A stretch of 61,200 nucleotides of DNA, filler included, from Catajapyx aquilonaris (taxonomy: Eukaryota): the NCBI GenBank assembly GCA_000934665.2. It is 3 parts of 3 records of this genome, joined end to end, with 100 filler letters (N's around TTAATTAATTAA, not from the genome) between each part and the next. Parts side by side here need not be neighbours in the genome. Positions count along the whole stretch, not along the records: positions 41,043 to 61,200 come from JYFJ02006324.1; 2 more parts are not named here. One strand, 5' to 3'. Positions within the stretch are counted from its first letter, which is position 1. Each line of letters opens with the position of its first letter. Positions 49,501 through 61,200 of the stretch are shown here, piece by piece. Position numbers and translations under genes: made by a program. The notes beneath the pieces are model-generated. The model made no database searches, had not been told where the DNA came from, and saw nothing but the letters and a program-made list of their open reading frames with translations.

Positions 49501-52159
49501 AGTTACAGTAGAATCCATATTATCCGACCTCGGATTATCTGACTCCTCGGTTTATCCTACCATCCCGCTCCGGCAATAAATCTGTTTTCGCATTAATACT
49601 GTAATGGTCATCACTTTTGCTTGTTTTGCCTTAGTTAAATTATAAATACAGTACAGTCGAGTGTGTGTCAAAGATAAATACTTGACTATTTCTTAGAAAA
49701 CCATAATATTTTATGTTATTTCGGGAGAACAGCAAGTTATACTAATTTTAGTTCAGTTAGTCTCCTAGGTTCTCAAGGGGCGTACACATGAGGCAACTTG
49801 GTTGAGCAACCCAGTTCGCAACCTGGTTGCATGCAACCTGAAATACATGGAGAGAATAGGAAGTTGCAGAAACCCAAAACATGCTGCAACTTTCTCTGCA
49901 ACCGGGGGCTGCAACCAGGTTGCAGCCAGGTTGCTGCAACTTGCTGCTCCCGAGAGCTTTCTGGTTGCAGCAACCTGGGGTACGTCATAAGGGCAAGATG
50001 GCGGAAAATGAGTGGAGGCGTGCTTTTGGGGTGCACTTCATTGCATGGGCAGATGACGACCAAATGACATATCGTAAGGGAAATCTTTCCTTGGGATATA
50101 AAATATACCGGTACTGAAGAAATTATGCAAGAGGTGCTGGAAAACCACACGACAGATGAGCCTAACTTGGAAGTTACAGAGCATATTATGAAGCATACAT
50201 ATTATGAACTCGCTGCATATTTTATAGTTGTGACTTCATTAGTTGGGCAAGGGTGGCCAGAATTCTCGCCAGAATTTATTGAGGTTTTAAACAAATGCCA
50301 GCTGTAATTTATCCAGTGCAGGATACGCAGCGGTTTTCAAACTGGGGTATGCGAACACAATTTTGGGGGTACGCGAAAGATTTCGTGCAATGGCGTCCGC
50401 TGTCCACATTTGTGGGGAATAAATGGAAAAAAAATTATGGGAAAAACAAACCTGGGATCATCTATAAGGATATGGATCCGATATAAAGTGGAAAACATGT
50501 GGAAATATCAGGAGGAGAGATGGGAGGGTGGGTGTGGTGGGGGCTGGGACTTCAAATGAGCAGCCTAAATATTATTACTTCCATATGGGGTCAATATGCA
50601 GGACCGTGGAACTGCAAATTAGATACAGAGTCTCCCTAACTGTGGAAAACAACTGCGCACTTATTCCCAGATATTAGTGATTAGTGCTCCAACTGGCGCA
50701 GCAGAATAGGAATAATATTATTTTCCCGAAATGGACACGTCAATGAATTGGATAAGAAACCAGTTTGATATTTTTTATTGCCAATTCCAAACATGCCAGT
50801 ACAGGACCAAGGAGAAGATTGAAACATATTTAAAACAGGAATTTGGACATAAAAACCCTCGTCACCTTTTGGGCGGAAGGTATTGACGATTATCCTGGCA
50901 TGGCCCCAGGCTGTGCTTTGAAACACTTCATTCCATTATTTTACCACAACCTATTTACGTGAAGCTGCTTTTCATCAAAACAAAATAGCGGAATCGACTG
51001 ACTGCGGGAATAAAAACTACTTGAGACTCAAATTGACGTCACTTGTCCCAAACATTGACCACTTGTGCGCAAGGAAGCATGCAAGCAGACCCATCACACT
51101 AACTGGTAATTATTAGTGCTCACAATATTACTACGTATTATAATACGGTAGGATGAGAATGGGGGTACAAACTGTCTTGGCAAATTTGAAAAGGGGTACG
51201 CGGCGAAAAAAGTTTGGGAAGCCCTGCGTTAGAGCATTGAGACAAGCTGTGGGTCGTGAACATAATATTTGGGATTGTGAGGGAGGGTCACAAACTATAT
51301 TTTAATAAAATCATTATAATTATCTCTCTGGAAAAATATGCCTGTAAACTAGAAATTGTATTAATTTATCAATGATTGCCATTGACAATGGGGGGATGGA
51401 ATTGGAATTACAGGTCGCGAATTTTATGAGACTATTTTCTGGGGTCACCAACGAAAAATATGGGGAAGCCCTGCATTTAAGAAGTTTTCAGAAAGCTTTC
51501 CCACCCACGTAGGTGCTATCATGTCTACAAGAACACGCGCAATTTGAATTTGATATTGGAAAATGGGTAAGTAAATTGTTATTGCCGTGTATTGCCATGG
51601 CAGCCAAAACCATCAAAGATGGCGGACCCCCGCGGGCCTTGACGACCTGCCTGTACCCTATTTATACCTCGTTGGCGCACCACACACTTCAAAATAGCCG
51701 CCAGCCTTGGCAACGCCCTATAAACAGAGAGACGCGAACATCGAAGGCGCCGACAGAAGTTTGCGCCTCTTTTGTAGTATATGCTCCCTGGCGAAGTCTT
51801 CGCCAAAGCTGAGTAACCCAAGTAACCAATATTGTTTGAGGCGAAAATCGATTGTTAATTTCAGCCTCAGTGAAGATTTCGCTCGTCAAATCGCTCACAT
51901 GTAAACACACCTTTACTTCTATTTTTTTAAATCCCTCAAAAGGCAGAAATATTATCCTCACTAGCAGCTTACCGTTAACAAGGCCTGTGGAGATGGGTAA
52001 GTAGCAGCAATGGCAGCTGCAACCTCTACACCAACATTGAACTGTTGCAGCTGCTCCTTCCAAATGTTCAGAAGACCATTGCCCTGCTTGTCCACTTTAC
52101 CACTGCCACTGTACTCCGATGCTGAAAACCAATCAAATGCTACTTTGTTTCTGGCAAGC
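43554..52159 (-). CDS. EME1: Crossover junction endonuclease subunit EME1 (MUS81 partner), last three coding exons: 52159-51973, 49307-49251, 43667-43554. The 5' exons were not found in the window
   Basis: Spliced peptide LARNKVAFDWFSASEYSGSGKVDKQGNGLLNIWKEQLQQFNVGVEVAAAIAATYPSPQALLT|AYDECTSQEEAKALLQDIM|VRRGIGPLTTERRVGPVLSQKIFSFMTCRDPNVNLQD* matches the EME1 C-terminal (HhH)2 region as recalled (GVKVD..GRGL..VW..QIQQ; YPSPQLL; VRRGEG..RRIGPELS). Canonical GT-AG sites with matching phases. Confidence 0.9.
43975..47700 (-). mobile_element. Decayed non-LTR retrotransposon (LINE, RTEX/CR1-like) in the last EME1 intron, sense orientation
   Basis: ORF1 remnants (coiled coil, EDLENRSRRQNVV.YG, QRAHRVG..RPII, EDFAPATRDRRRALLP, LKIDKLLVEGRLY); AP endonuclease (ICWNIAG, GFVETW, GRPLGGI, GDLNARLG, SKDKVLNARG); RT (KSVGPDNIPN, IPIFKKG..NYRPITL, QAAFRQGRGCVDQIFVL, FALFVD). 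Many stops and frameshifts; RT similarity ends near 43975. Confidence 0.9.
44954..45733. mobile_element. Probable TIR DNA element inserted into LINE ORF2
   Basis: Imperfect inverted termini CTATTGTTATCCGCACCT ... AGGTGCAGATAAACGATAG; no LINE motifs are visible between them. Confidence 0.5.
48385..49218. mobile_element. Foldback element with ~390-bp highly similar inverted arms
   Basis: 48385-~48772 is the reverse complement of ~48828-49218 (acaagggaacctctcgaagtgtcactcgaagttcaaggtgaaa...); spacer ~55 bp. Confidence 0.9.
49778..49980. mobile_element. Harbinger-like terminal fragment with GCAACC/GGTTGC subterminal repeats
   Basis: Starts GGGGCGTACACATGAGGCAAC; dense gcaacc/ggttgc motifs; opposite end not found. 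Confidence 0.45.
50328..51226 (+). mobile_element. Internally deleted hAT (Charlie/Buster-type) element
   Basis: Termini CAGCGGTTTTCAAACTGGGGTA ... GGGGTACGC..AAAAAGTTTGGGAAGCCCTG; transposase C-terminal remnants (TTYLREAAF, RNRL, LRLKLTSLVPNIDHLCARK..PSH*) at ~50930-51102. Confidence 0.7.
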
Positions 52160-52770
52160 CTGTAGAAAAAGGAAAACAAGGAAATGAATAAAATTTCATA
52201 TGTAGGGTGATCCAAAATACTTGTCTGACTGTTATGGCTATCTGTTGGCACTAAGCTGCTTATTTTTAGCAGTCACCTTTGCAATTACCTTTAATGGTCA
52301 TTAAAACAATTCCTTGCTAATATAGGCGGCCCACCCTAAGCCCTAACTGTGATGTCCATGGCAAGCAGTCCCAGATCTAACCCTGTGGAGGCCCCTAGGC
52401 CGTTCAAATATTGGGGCCCCCCTCACAAATTATCTCCTAATATGTTTTTATTTTACCAACCAACAATTTTAATAAACCGTTTTTTTTACAATAAAAGAAA
52501 CGTTAACAATATATTATTATTGTTATTGAATAAATTACCATAATTATGATATTAAACAATAATTATTAAATATTATTAAGTTACACAATATTACACAACA
52601 TCATTGCACATTTCAATAAACCAATAAAACTTTAAACATTCACTTTCCTCAATTTTTCAGTCATGAAATCTTTTGGGATATCTTGTAAGTCTGCCTTTTG
52701 CAAGACGTCGTATTCAGTCGGCCATAATGGCAAGTGAGTTCAGTTGTTCTTGTGTGACTGAAGATATATA

Positions 52771-53179
52771 CAGGGTGGACCAACTTCAAGTGTCGTTTTA
52801 TAACGGCGATTAATAGCAGTGATTTTGCGATGACGTAGCAGCGACGTGTACAATGTCCCACTTCGGCGCCATCGAAAATATTAGCTGCCAATAGCAGCTC
52901 ACGTGTAATCAACCCTGCTGCTGGGTTGACCTGGAAAAAAGTAGGTTCACACATGACCTGAGATGACCTGAGCGGGCGAGGCAGCCTTCTTTAAGGACTG
53001 CCGGATTGGCATTGGTGCCGCATGTGGTTGCACAGGGTTCATTACATGTGTGCTGCTATTGGCAGCTAATATTTTCGATGGCACCGAAGAGGGCCATTTT
53101 ACACGTCGCTGCTACATCAATTGTAAAGAGCTTCTATTAATAGCAGTTATAAAACGACACTTGAAGTTGGCCCACCCTG
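52771..53179. mobile_element. Tc1/mariner-type MITE (CAGGGTG termini, ~125-bp arms)
   Basis: TA-CAGGGTGGACCAACTTCAAGTGTCGTTTTATAAC ... GTTATAAAACGACACTTGAAGTTGGCCCACCCTG-TA. Confidence 0.9.
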
Positions 53180-53327
53180 TATATCAGCAGTTTTAGCTTC
53201 TAAAATGTTCATCCACCTATTATCGTATTTACATTTGCCGAGCGACAAATGGAGCTCATATCAAACAAACAAAGGTGAGACCAAAACTTTAGGCATTTCT
53301 TAGCATTCCAAAACTTAAATCATTTAG

Positions 53328-56018
53328 ATATCGTCGGTATTAAGGAGACAGGGCGAATAGACAATTATTCAGAAAATTGCAAAAATGCATATCTTAAGTT
53401 GACATCACCCACCACATGTTTTCGTGAAACAGCACATGTGTAGGTGGAACAATATGCCTGTACGAGAGTGGTTCCGGAAAGTATCCAAAAACAGCGTAAG
53501 GAGAAAGGGCGAATATGCAGGTACTACTAAGGGAAAAATTTGACCCAAACTTTGCATTTTGTGATAAAGTGTGAAACTCGGGACTCTCGTTCTTTGGACA
53601 CTTCTGAGCATATGTGGAGGTGGGGTCACGCTGGGTGACCCAGCTGGAGCTCACTATGCCATATCTAATAAACTATGAAACATCTTTTGAATAGTGAGCT
53701 TGCATTCGTTGATAAAGACATGAAACTCGGTACACTAGATCTTTGGAGCCTTCTAAACATATCTGGACATAGAGCCACGATGACTGACCCCGCTGGAGCT
53801 CCTTATTCAAATATAAATGTGTGTTTCAGAGTTTGTTAAATATGGTAACCCTGGGAAAGTGATTTTCAGCAGGGTCTGTGATCGTGGCCCCATGTCCAGA
53901 TACGAGGGGTGTTATATAAGTTCGTGGTTTCGCCTAGAAGGAGAAGCAAATGCGGAAGCTAAACAGTGCCATTAAATCGAGCCACCCTTCAAACCCCTAT
54001 ATCCACCCAATTGACATAGGTGTCAAAGTCCTTGGGTTCAGAAATAATTCGGATGTGAAAGGGTGCGCAGCATATTGTGAAGATGGCGAACATCGCGCGG
54101 TCATCCAGTACCCGGTGGCAAAGGGAATGGGTGCCAAGGACATCTTTGAGGACATGAAGGATACATTAGCTGGCGATGCACCATCCTACAGCATGATCCA
54201 GAAGTGGACTGCCCTCTCCAAACATGGCCGAGACAGCCTAGAAGACGACCCCCGCTCCGGAAGACCCGTGTGTTCCACCACTGAAGAAAATGTGGCCAAA
54301 GTGGAGGAACTAGTGATGGGAGACCGAAGACTGACTATCAGGTACCTTGCTGAGGTGGTGGACATCTCAACATTTTCCATCCACACCATACTACATGACC
54401 ACCTGCGCCTGTGGAAGGTGTCAGCACTATGGGTACCCCGAATGTTGTCGCCAGAACAGAAGGCGGCGCGTCGGGAGATGTCACAATCAAATTTGGACCC
54501 GCTGAATGCTGATGCAGAAGGATTTTACGCTCGTCTGGTCACACAGGATGAAACCTGGGTACCTCTACCTGTTCCCGAACATGAAGAAACACCTGCGGGG
54601 TCGACTCCATGGGAGTGACGAAGAGGTCAAGGCAGCTGTGGAGGACGTCTTGGGGGGGGGGTGGGAGCGATTTGGAGAAGTTGCCACGAAGATGGACAAA
54701 GTGTATTGACCAGTGTGGGGACTATGTTGAGAAATAAAATTGTTTCTTTGTCATGTTTGTCTACTTGAAACCACGAACTTATATAACACCCCTCGTATGT
54801 TCAAAGCTGTCTAAAGACTAATCCTGGCGAGGTTCAGGTCTTTATCCCCGAATTCAAGCTCACTATTCAAATATAAATGCATGTTGCACAGTCTGTTGGA
54901 TTTGGCAACCCGGCGATAGTGACCTCCAGCAAGGTCAGTCATTGTGGCTCCACATCCAGATATGTTCAGAAGTGTCCAAAGAACTAGTGCACTGATATTT
55001 ACGTCTTTATCACCAAATTGAAACTCTCTATACAAAAAGAAAGGCATGTTACGCCTGTTAGATATGGCAACCCCGTGAGTGACTCACAGCGGGGAGATCC
55101 ATCGAGCCTCACTTCCAGACATGCTCATAAGTGTTCAAAGACCAATTGTGGCGAATTTCAGGTTTTTATCGCCAAATGCATGGTCCTTATTCATGTGAAG
55201 GTCTGCGTTGCACCCGTTGGATTTGGCAACCCCAAAAGAGTGATCTCCAGTGGGGTCACCCAGTGATGTCCAAATATGCTCAAAAGTGTCAAAGAACTAG
55301 TCTACTGAGTTTCATGCTTTTATCACCGAATACAAAGTCCTAAAGGTATGCTGCACCTGATCGATAAGGCAACCCTGTGAAATTGACCCCCAGCAGGGTC
55401 ACCCTTCGTCGGTCCACGTCCGGATATTCTCAGAAGTGTTCAAAGAATGACTGTACCAAGTTTTATACTTTTATCACAAAATGCAAAGTTAAAACCCTTA
55501 GCATACAGACCATTAAAAACAATTGAGGAGCTCAGAGGAAGAACAGCATATCCCAACCGACCTCCAATTTGAGTTTGTAGTGCTGTTGTACTCTCCTTCC
55601 ATCTACCTTTCATGTGCTGAAGTACCAAATGAAGTGGGACATGCCAAAGCTCACATATTCCACTTGTAACAGTTGTCCTTACCTTTAGCTGCATGGTAAA
55701 GCTAAACACAAAAAGCCACTTTTCTCAAAACGAACTCCGGTTGGGATATGCCGTTCTTCCTCTGAGTGCCTCAATTTAGGAAGAAGGGCAAATATCCATT
55801 TAATTTTTTAGACTTAAATATACGCGTATATAAATATTTTCTAATTGTGATTGCCAAAGAAAATCAATGCATTGCTCCAATGATCTCCAAAAATTTTGAG
55901 CTTATACAGTGATACTGCGATTTGTGAGCACGATTTTAAACCTATTAAGTTATTATTAGCACTCCTGTAAACATTTTTAAATGGTCTGTTCGCCCTTTCT
56001 CCTTAATGCTGACGATAT
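53328..56018. mobile_element. Composite foldback-like element with ~135-bp subrepeats, hosting a mariner and a MITE (55523-55775)
   Basis: Outer inverted termini atatcgtcggtattaaggagacagggcgaatagac / gtctgttcgccctttctccttaatgctgacgatat. Units (gataaag..tgaaactcgg..tctttgga..cttct..catat.tgga) run forward at 53550-53810 and inverted at 53820-55490. Inner TIR pair ttgagg.gctcagaggaagaac.gcatatcccaaccg / cggttgggatatgccgttcttcctctgagtgcctcaa. Confidence 0.6.
53903..54795 (+). mobile_element. Mariner element with internally deleted transposase (non-autonomous)
   Basis: Perfect 29-bp TIR CGAGGGGTGTTATATAAGTTCGTGGTTTC with TA TSDs. Motifs EHRAVIQY, DDPRSGRP, DRRLTIR, KVSALWVPRMLS and TQDETWV, then a jump to LFPNMKKHLRG; the second catalytic Asp and YSPDLAP are deleted. 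Confidence 0.93.
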
Positions 56019-57529
56019 GTCTACTGGTTTTCGGGTTTCAAAATCTGCGCATTCTTTTTCGATCACCCTGCGTTAGGACAGATTGAGATCCTTCATCCAA
56101 AATTCAATAAACCAAAAATCTTCTTCCAAATCTCTAAAGTTTTTTTAATTGCTGACAAAGACGGGTGGTTTTTCGCGTTTTTTGCAAGGATCTGCAAAAA
56201 AATTTGCTTGCTTTGGGACTTGGGGGATGAGACTTGAAAACACTAGTGAATAAGATCGTATAGTGTCCAGGCTTGATCCTGAGGCCATCTATGTGACCCT
56301 CCTCCAAGGACCTAAAACCTCCTTGCCCTCCTCTCATGCCATACGCAGTGGAAACTCTCAAAGGCACAACAAGGTGGCGCAGAGGGATAAGTTTCGCGCC
56401 TACTCCAATTTTTTGCCACTCTGCCTGCTTGACAAAAAATTAGTGGTATGTAGCCTTGGCACCGCTGAACAAAGCAGTACATAAACACATGGCATGAATT
56501 ACGTCACAGGACTGCGAGACGCACAGCAGTCATAAACAAACAACCCCTCACGAATGTTTACATTCCTTGACCCGCGGCTGTTTGAACCTCGGGCGGGACA
56601 TGCGCCCTCCATCCAAATGGAGGCCGGCGTTGAAGTGCGCAGACGCCTGCCAGCCGCTAATTGGCATTTACGAACATTATTTATTTATTTTAAAACTATT
56701 GAATGATCTTTTGCACTAATTTTATGGTGGAATCTCTTGAGGAGGTTTGGGGGCAACTATTTATGCCAAAAATTTGCCGGTCAAGGTCGGATTTTTAATT
56801 TTATTTTTTTTCAGAGGCCGCAAAAAGATGATTTCATTCAAGTTAATCTGGTTAATCCGGTTTATTTATGCACAATTTTGTAGTCCAAAACTCGCGATTT
56901 TTTACACGAGAGAAAATATAAAAAGCCACACAGAAACCACGTTACATAGTGGGAAAACGCTATAGTTTTGCCAGCATATGCTACCATATCAGCATATGAT
57001 ACGCCCATCTTATTAGGGTTAAGCACATGTGATAGCTCTAATTATACCGATTTTAGTGTGAGGAATTCATTTCTGATATTGTTTTCCCCATTCGGGGTCA
57101 TCTTTACCTTCAAAGATCATGGTCGAGGTCGTTTTGTGCAAGGCCAAGTATGAGCTCTGCCAATTCATTGGAGTTTGGCTGCAGTTGGTCGTCGTAATCA
57201 AGAATGCTCTAGTATCTGACAGAGAAGGAAACTGAAATCTGCGTGCTGCCACTGTTGAGAATTCTATGCCAATTTTTGCAAAATGTGACTGCATCAAGCA
57301 CCTAAGTTATGGCCCATAGTCTCTTGAATAAATCAAAGAGCTGGTGTTCATACATCCTGAACTCTATGCGCTGCACTTCTCTGTGGGCCACTGGGTTGTT
57401 TAGGAAAGTCCAGGATAGTTCTGCACTATTGGAGGTGGTATGAATGTCGTGCAGACCATCCAGAGATTACACTAGTCAACAAGGTTTTTGGCACATGAAC
57501 AATTTTAGCTGTTTCTAATGCATTCATAT

Positions 57530-58035
57530 GCGCTGATTCCGAATATGAAGTCAGAAAGTGTCCATCACCCTCCATTTTTTTTGTAACAGCCATACCTTAT
57601 TTTGCAGAAAGTAGCCTACACTGCACATTGCTCAGTATGACTAAGGGCCGGTTTCACCGAGCTCGGTATATGATAAAACCTGGTTTCTTTAGGAAAATCC
57701 ATACAAATATGTAGGGATTTTCTGAAAGCACCCTGGTTTTATCATATACTGAGCTTGGTGAAACCGGCCATAATATATGGTCAATAATGGTTTGTTAATT
57801 GCGCCATTTTCACTTTTTACCATGTATCGGTATGTGCTGATTCCGAATATGAAGTCAAAATTTCAATATCTGCATCCATTTTCTTGTAACAGGCTTTAAT
57901 CTACTGATAATAGGCCTACTTTTCATAGCTCAATGTCATTAATTTTTTGGGCAACATTGGGTTTTGATTAGGGGGCCATTTTTGGTGTCTCTCATGTATT
58001 AGGAGGCGCTGATTGTGAATATGAAGTCAGAATTC
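57530..58035. repeat. Three diverged direct repeats (probable DNA-transposon subterminal array)
   Basis: g(c/t)gctgatt(c/g)(c/t)gaatatgaagtca(g/a)aa at ~57530, ~57834 and ~58006. Confidence 0.7.
57645..57770. mobile_element. Harbinger-type MITE
   Basis: GGCCGGTTTCACC.AGCTC.GTATATGATAAAACC and its reverse complement, with a TAA target duplication on both sides. Confidence 0.85.
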
Positions 58036-61000
58036 GCCATACTCCGCTACCAGACGCTAAAGCATACTGCTCATCCCAAACTTACTCCATTTTTGGTAGG
58101 CGAATTCCCACCATGCATGTGTCTTTGGCTCAATGCTGTCTGACGCATGCCCATACAAGGTCATGCTTTTTTGCCAATCCCACAAGACCTGACCATTTCC
58201 CCCCAAAATTGTTTCGCCGCCGTATGTCTACAACGTGAAACGTGAAAAAAATTACATTAGGTTGTGTCGGGAACACAAGGCGCAGCTTTTGCGGGCTCAA
58301 CCTACATTATGTTTCACTTTTCTCGACTACAATGGCGGGGGCATGCAGGCATGGATACGTCTTTAAAATCGGATCAGGGGACATGCAAGCAAACTCGAGC
58401 GTTACAGAATAGCGTAGGTTATAGTGTTACAAGTGGATTTGGCAATCCATATCTTGATGAGCCACACGAGTATTAGTCTTGCCACATTGGGCAAAAACAT
58501 GCTGACTTTGCTTGTGCAATAGGAGGGTTTCCTCATATTGTCAGGCACAGCCCAGTATATAAGAGTAACTTCTGCACAGGATAAGAGAGTTCCTGGGCGC
58601 AGGCTAGGGCTCACGATTGGGAATGTAGCTGCTCAGATTTAACCCGTGAGGCTGGCATTGGCCAGGCCTTTGCTGAGACAACGTAATTGTTAATTGGCAT
58701 TAACTTGTGAACTTTGGAAACAACCATAACTTAGAGAACAGTGTATTGTAACTATTTGAGAACCAGTGTAAATATACATCACATTAAATTCATTTTTAAT
58801 ACAGCCTTACCCTCAATTATTTGAACCTACACGACAGTTAACGTTGGTTGAAAAGCCAACGCCAACATTTGGCGCAGCCTGAGATAAAAATTTTGGGGGG
58901 CTGATTGGGAACCAATCGGGGGTCAAAACTTGTGTCCAGGGACGGGTAAAAGGTTCGCGAAGCAACCAGGTAGCTCTGGGAACCGTGCAGGATCCCGCCC
59001 AGAAGTCTTCACTTCACATCGAGTACCACCTGTCAGGAAGAAGCAGACACAAGAAGAGGACAACCCAGGTTCGTATAAAAGTTTTAATCAATTGTTTTGC
59101 TTTGTTGTTTCATTTTAGAAAATTTTGCGAGCGCTACACAAATTAAGGGAGTTAAAAGTGGAAGAGTCAGGTGCATTCTGTCCGAAGGAGATGAGGGAGT
59201 GCTTGAGCAAACACTCCGGATTGCACTGTGAAGAAGAGAAAATATCGAGCACAATGACAACAATTGGCGTCAAGCCAAGAGGTCGGTGCTCTGCTCAAGG
59301 AACGTGCACGAAGACGATTAGTCGCGCACTTGAAAGAAACAGCTGGACGTTAAACCGTGAAGGTGAGTATGAGTGGCATGCTGATAAATAAAGAAGAATT
59401 GTTTGTTGACAGAAAAGGCATCACAGCTACAACAGGATGGAAAAACCAAGCAGGCAGAAACAACGCAACGTAGCGTGAGTGCGGAAGATTCCCCAATTTT
59501 TGGATTTGATTTGCCCTTAGAGAAAGTAACGAAAGGCGGCAGAATTAACGTAAACATTTTTTTGAAAGGCATCGTGACAAGTATAACGAAATTTAAGTGG
59601 TAAAAAGTAATTGAGCGTGATTGCTCACTGAGATATTGTTGGAGGGAACCAGCAGTGCACCTGGTCCTCGTCCGCAGGGTATCAGTGACTAATCCCGGAT
59701 ATTAATTCAGTTGACAATAGAAATGAGCGAAGCCGCATAGTAAGCAAAAAGAAACTCTGTAAGACGAACAGTCGGAAAAAAATCCATAACGGAAGTTGGA
59801 AGGAGAATTAGCCAGTTGACGTGAATTGGTTAATTGGGCAATGAGTAAGACCCCTGTAGCTCCTAGAGGTTGAGCAAGCGAAGCATAGCTGCAAAGATAC
59901 CTGGAAGAAAGGATAGTCGAGTTTCATAATTTTGCGTAAAGTGAAAGAACCGCCGAACATGTAATTGTTTAAAGCAAGTATGGGGGAGGAAATTAAGCGT
60001 AACAGGAATGGCCACTGGATCCAGCAAAGTAAAAGACGCGAAGCGAGAGCGTCAAGAGATAACGACACGTACGGCACGCGCGCATAGTTTGGGTCATTAG
60101 GCACGCGCATGACCAAAGATGGGATAGTGAGCATAGAAGCAATGAGCACGCCCAGAAGAGTCGGAAAAGTAAATCGTGTCTTTGGAGATATTTCCAGCTG
60201 GTGTCAAAGGACACGCAGCATCTCCAAGTAGGAGGTGTCAGGGATACCTCAAGGTTAGCCAATCATAGGCAAAACCGGGAAAAAGGTCACGGAAACGTGA
60301 AAAGGAGTCCTACGTAGGAAGGTGCACAGTAAAAAGCACAAGAGAGGAAGTCAGGGACAACCTCAAGGGAGTAAAATAGACATCTACCACGTCTGGGTAG
60401 GCGGTCTAGTCCAACCAAGAATGGAGGTTGAGACTTTGTTTCTGGGAAACATACAGTTCGAGGTAGTGAAAAAGGAAATCACACAGAGAGAAAACCGTGA
60501 GACGTCACGAAGTTGTCAGTTGGACTTTATTGGCCGGTAGTTTTGAAAATGGCCGAGGGAGAGATGTAGAGTAAGAATTGTCCCGGGTTTGGAACCCTCA
60601 GTTCAAAGGATCCTGAAGATAAAGTGCACAAAGAGGTGGAAATGCAAAAAGGGGGACAAGAACAGAAAGAGTACATGTGTTAACGAGCTCAAGTGTAATG
60701 GGTAATTAAATTTTTTGGTCAGGGACTGAAAAGGGTATGATTAATCAACGTGATTGTTAGCGTTAAGTTCATGGGATGAACAAAGGCTAAGGCCTAATGG
60801 GTAATATAGGTATGTAAAGGTATTGCCAAATGTGCGGGGCACAATGGTAAATCAAAGTGTATTGAATGATATTGTATATGTTAATACTAGGTATTAATAG
60901 CTGACTGAGCATTAGAAATGATGACAGGGTCATCGTCAGCACATATATATAATGAATATGAAGGAATAATAGCTGACAAGGGATTAGTCAGTAAGCAGAA

Positions 61001-61200
61001 GGACCATGGCGCAATGTGAAAGTGCGAAGAGGCAGGTTGTAAAGGTAATCAAACGACCAGTAGTGCAAACAGTTTAAAATTTTTGTAATCATTATGCGAG
61101 ACTCGAGGGCACACCTCAGCAAAAGATCTGCACAAAAAGGGACCACAGAGGAACATCGACGGTCACAAGATGGGCAGCTCTCACACCATTAGTTGGAGAC

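Noticed and set aside
6466..52159. Apparent meiotic gene cluster (TERB1 + EME1)
   Set aside because: The genes lie on different contigs separated by artificial linkers.
1..61200. Telomeric repeat arrays or a prokaryotic/phage system
   Set aside because: No TTAGG/TTAGGG arrays and no operon-like gene density; most short ORFs in the track are chance ORFs in introns and repeats.

Overview
Repeat-rich genomic DNA from an animal (invertebrate-like; the taxon cannot be fixed from sequence alone). Two identical 100-bp linkers (44 N + TTAATTAATTAA + 44 N, at 20592-20691 and 40943-41042) split the window into three apparently unrelated contigs, so adjacency across them is not biological. Contig 1 has an F-box/LRR gene with a one-base frameshift in a G7 run and a near-complete 9-exon TERB1/CCDC79-like gene (ARM repeats plus C-terminal Myb, ~789 aa) on the minus strand. 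Contig 2 has one large internal exon of a TMTC (TMTC2-like) O-mannosyltransferase gene. Contig 3 has the last three coding exons of EME1; its last intron holds a decayed LINE and a ~390-bp-arm foldback element. The rest is nested transposon debris: Tc1/mariner, Tigger, hAT, Harbinger and piggyBac-type MITEs, non-autonomous Helitrons and a tRNA-SINE. I found no CRISPR array, rRNA or bona fide tRNA gene. The best lead is the TERB1 homologue: its Myb recognition helix looks more TRF/telobox-like than mammalian TERB1, while the TRF1- and TERB2-binding segments are not recognisable. Family assignments rest on recalled sequence motifs, not database searches.
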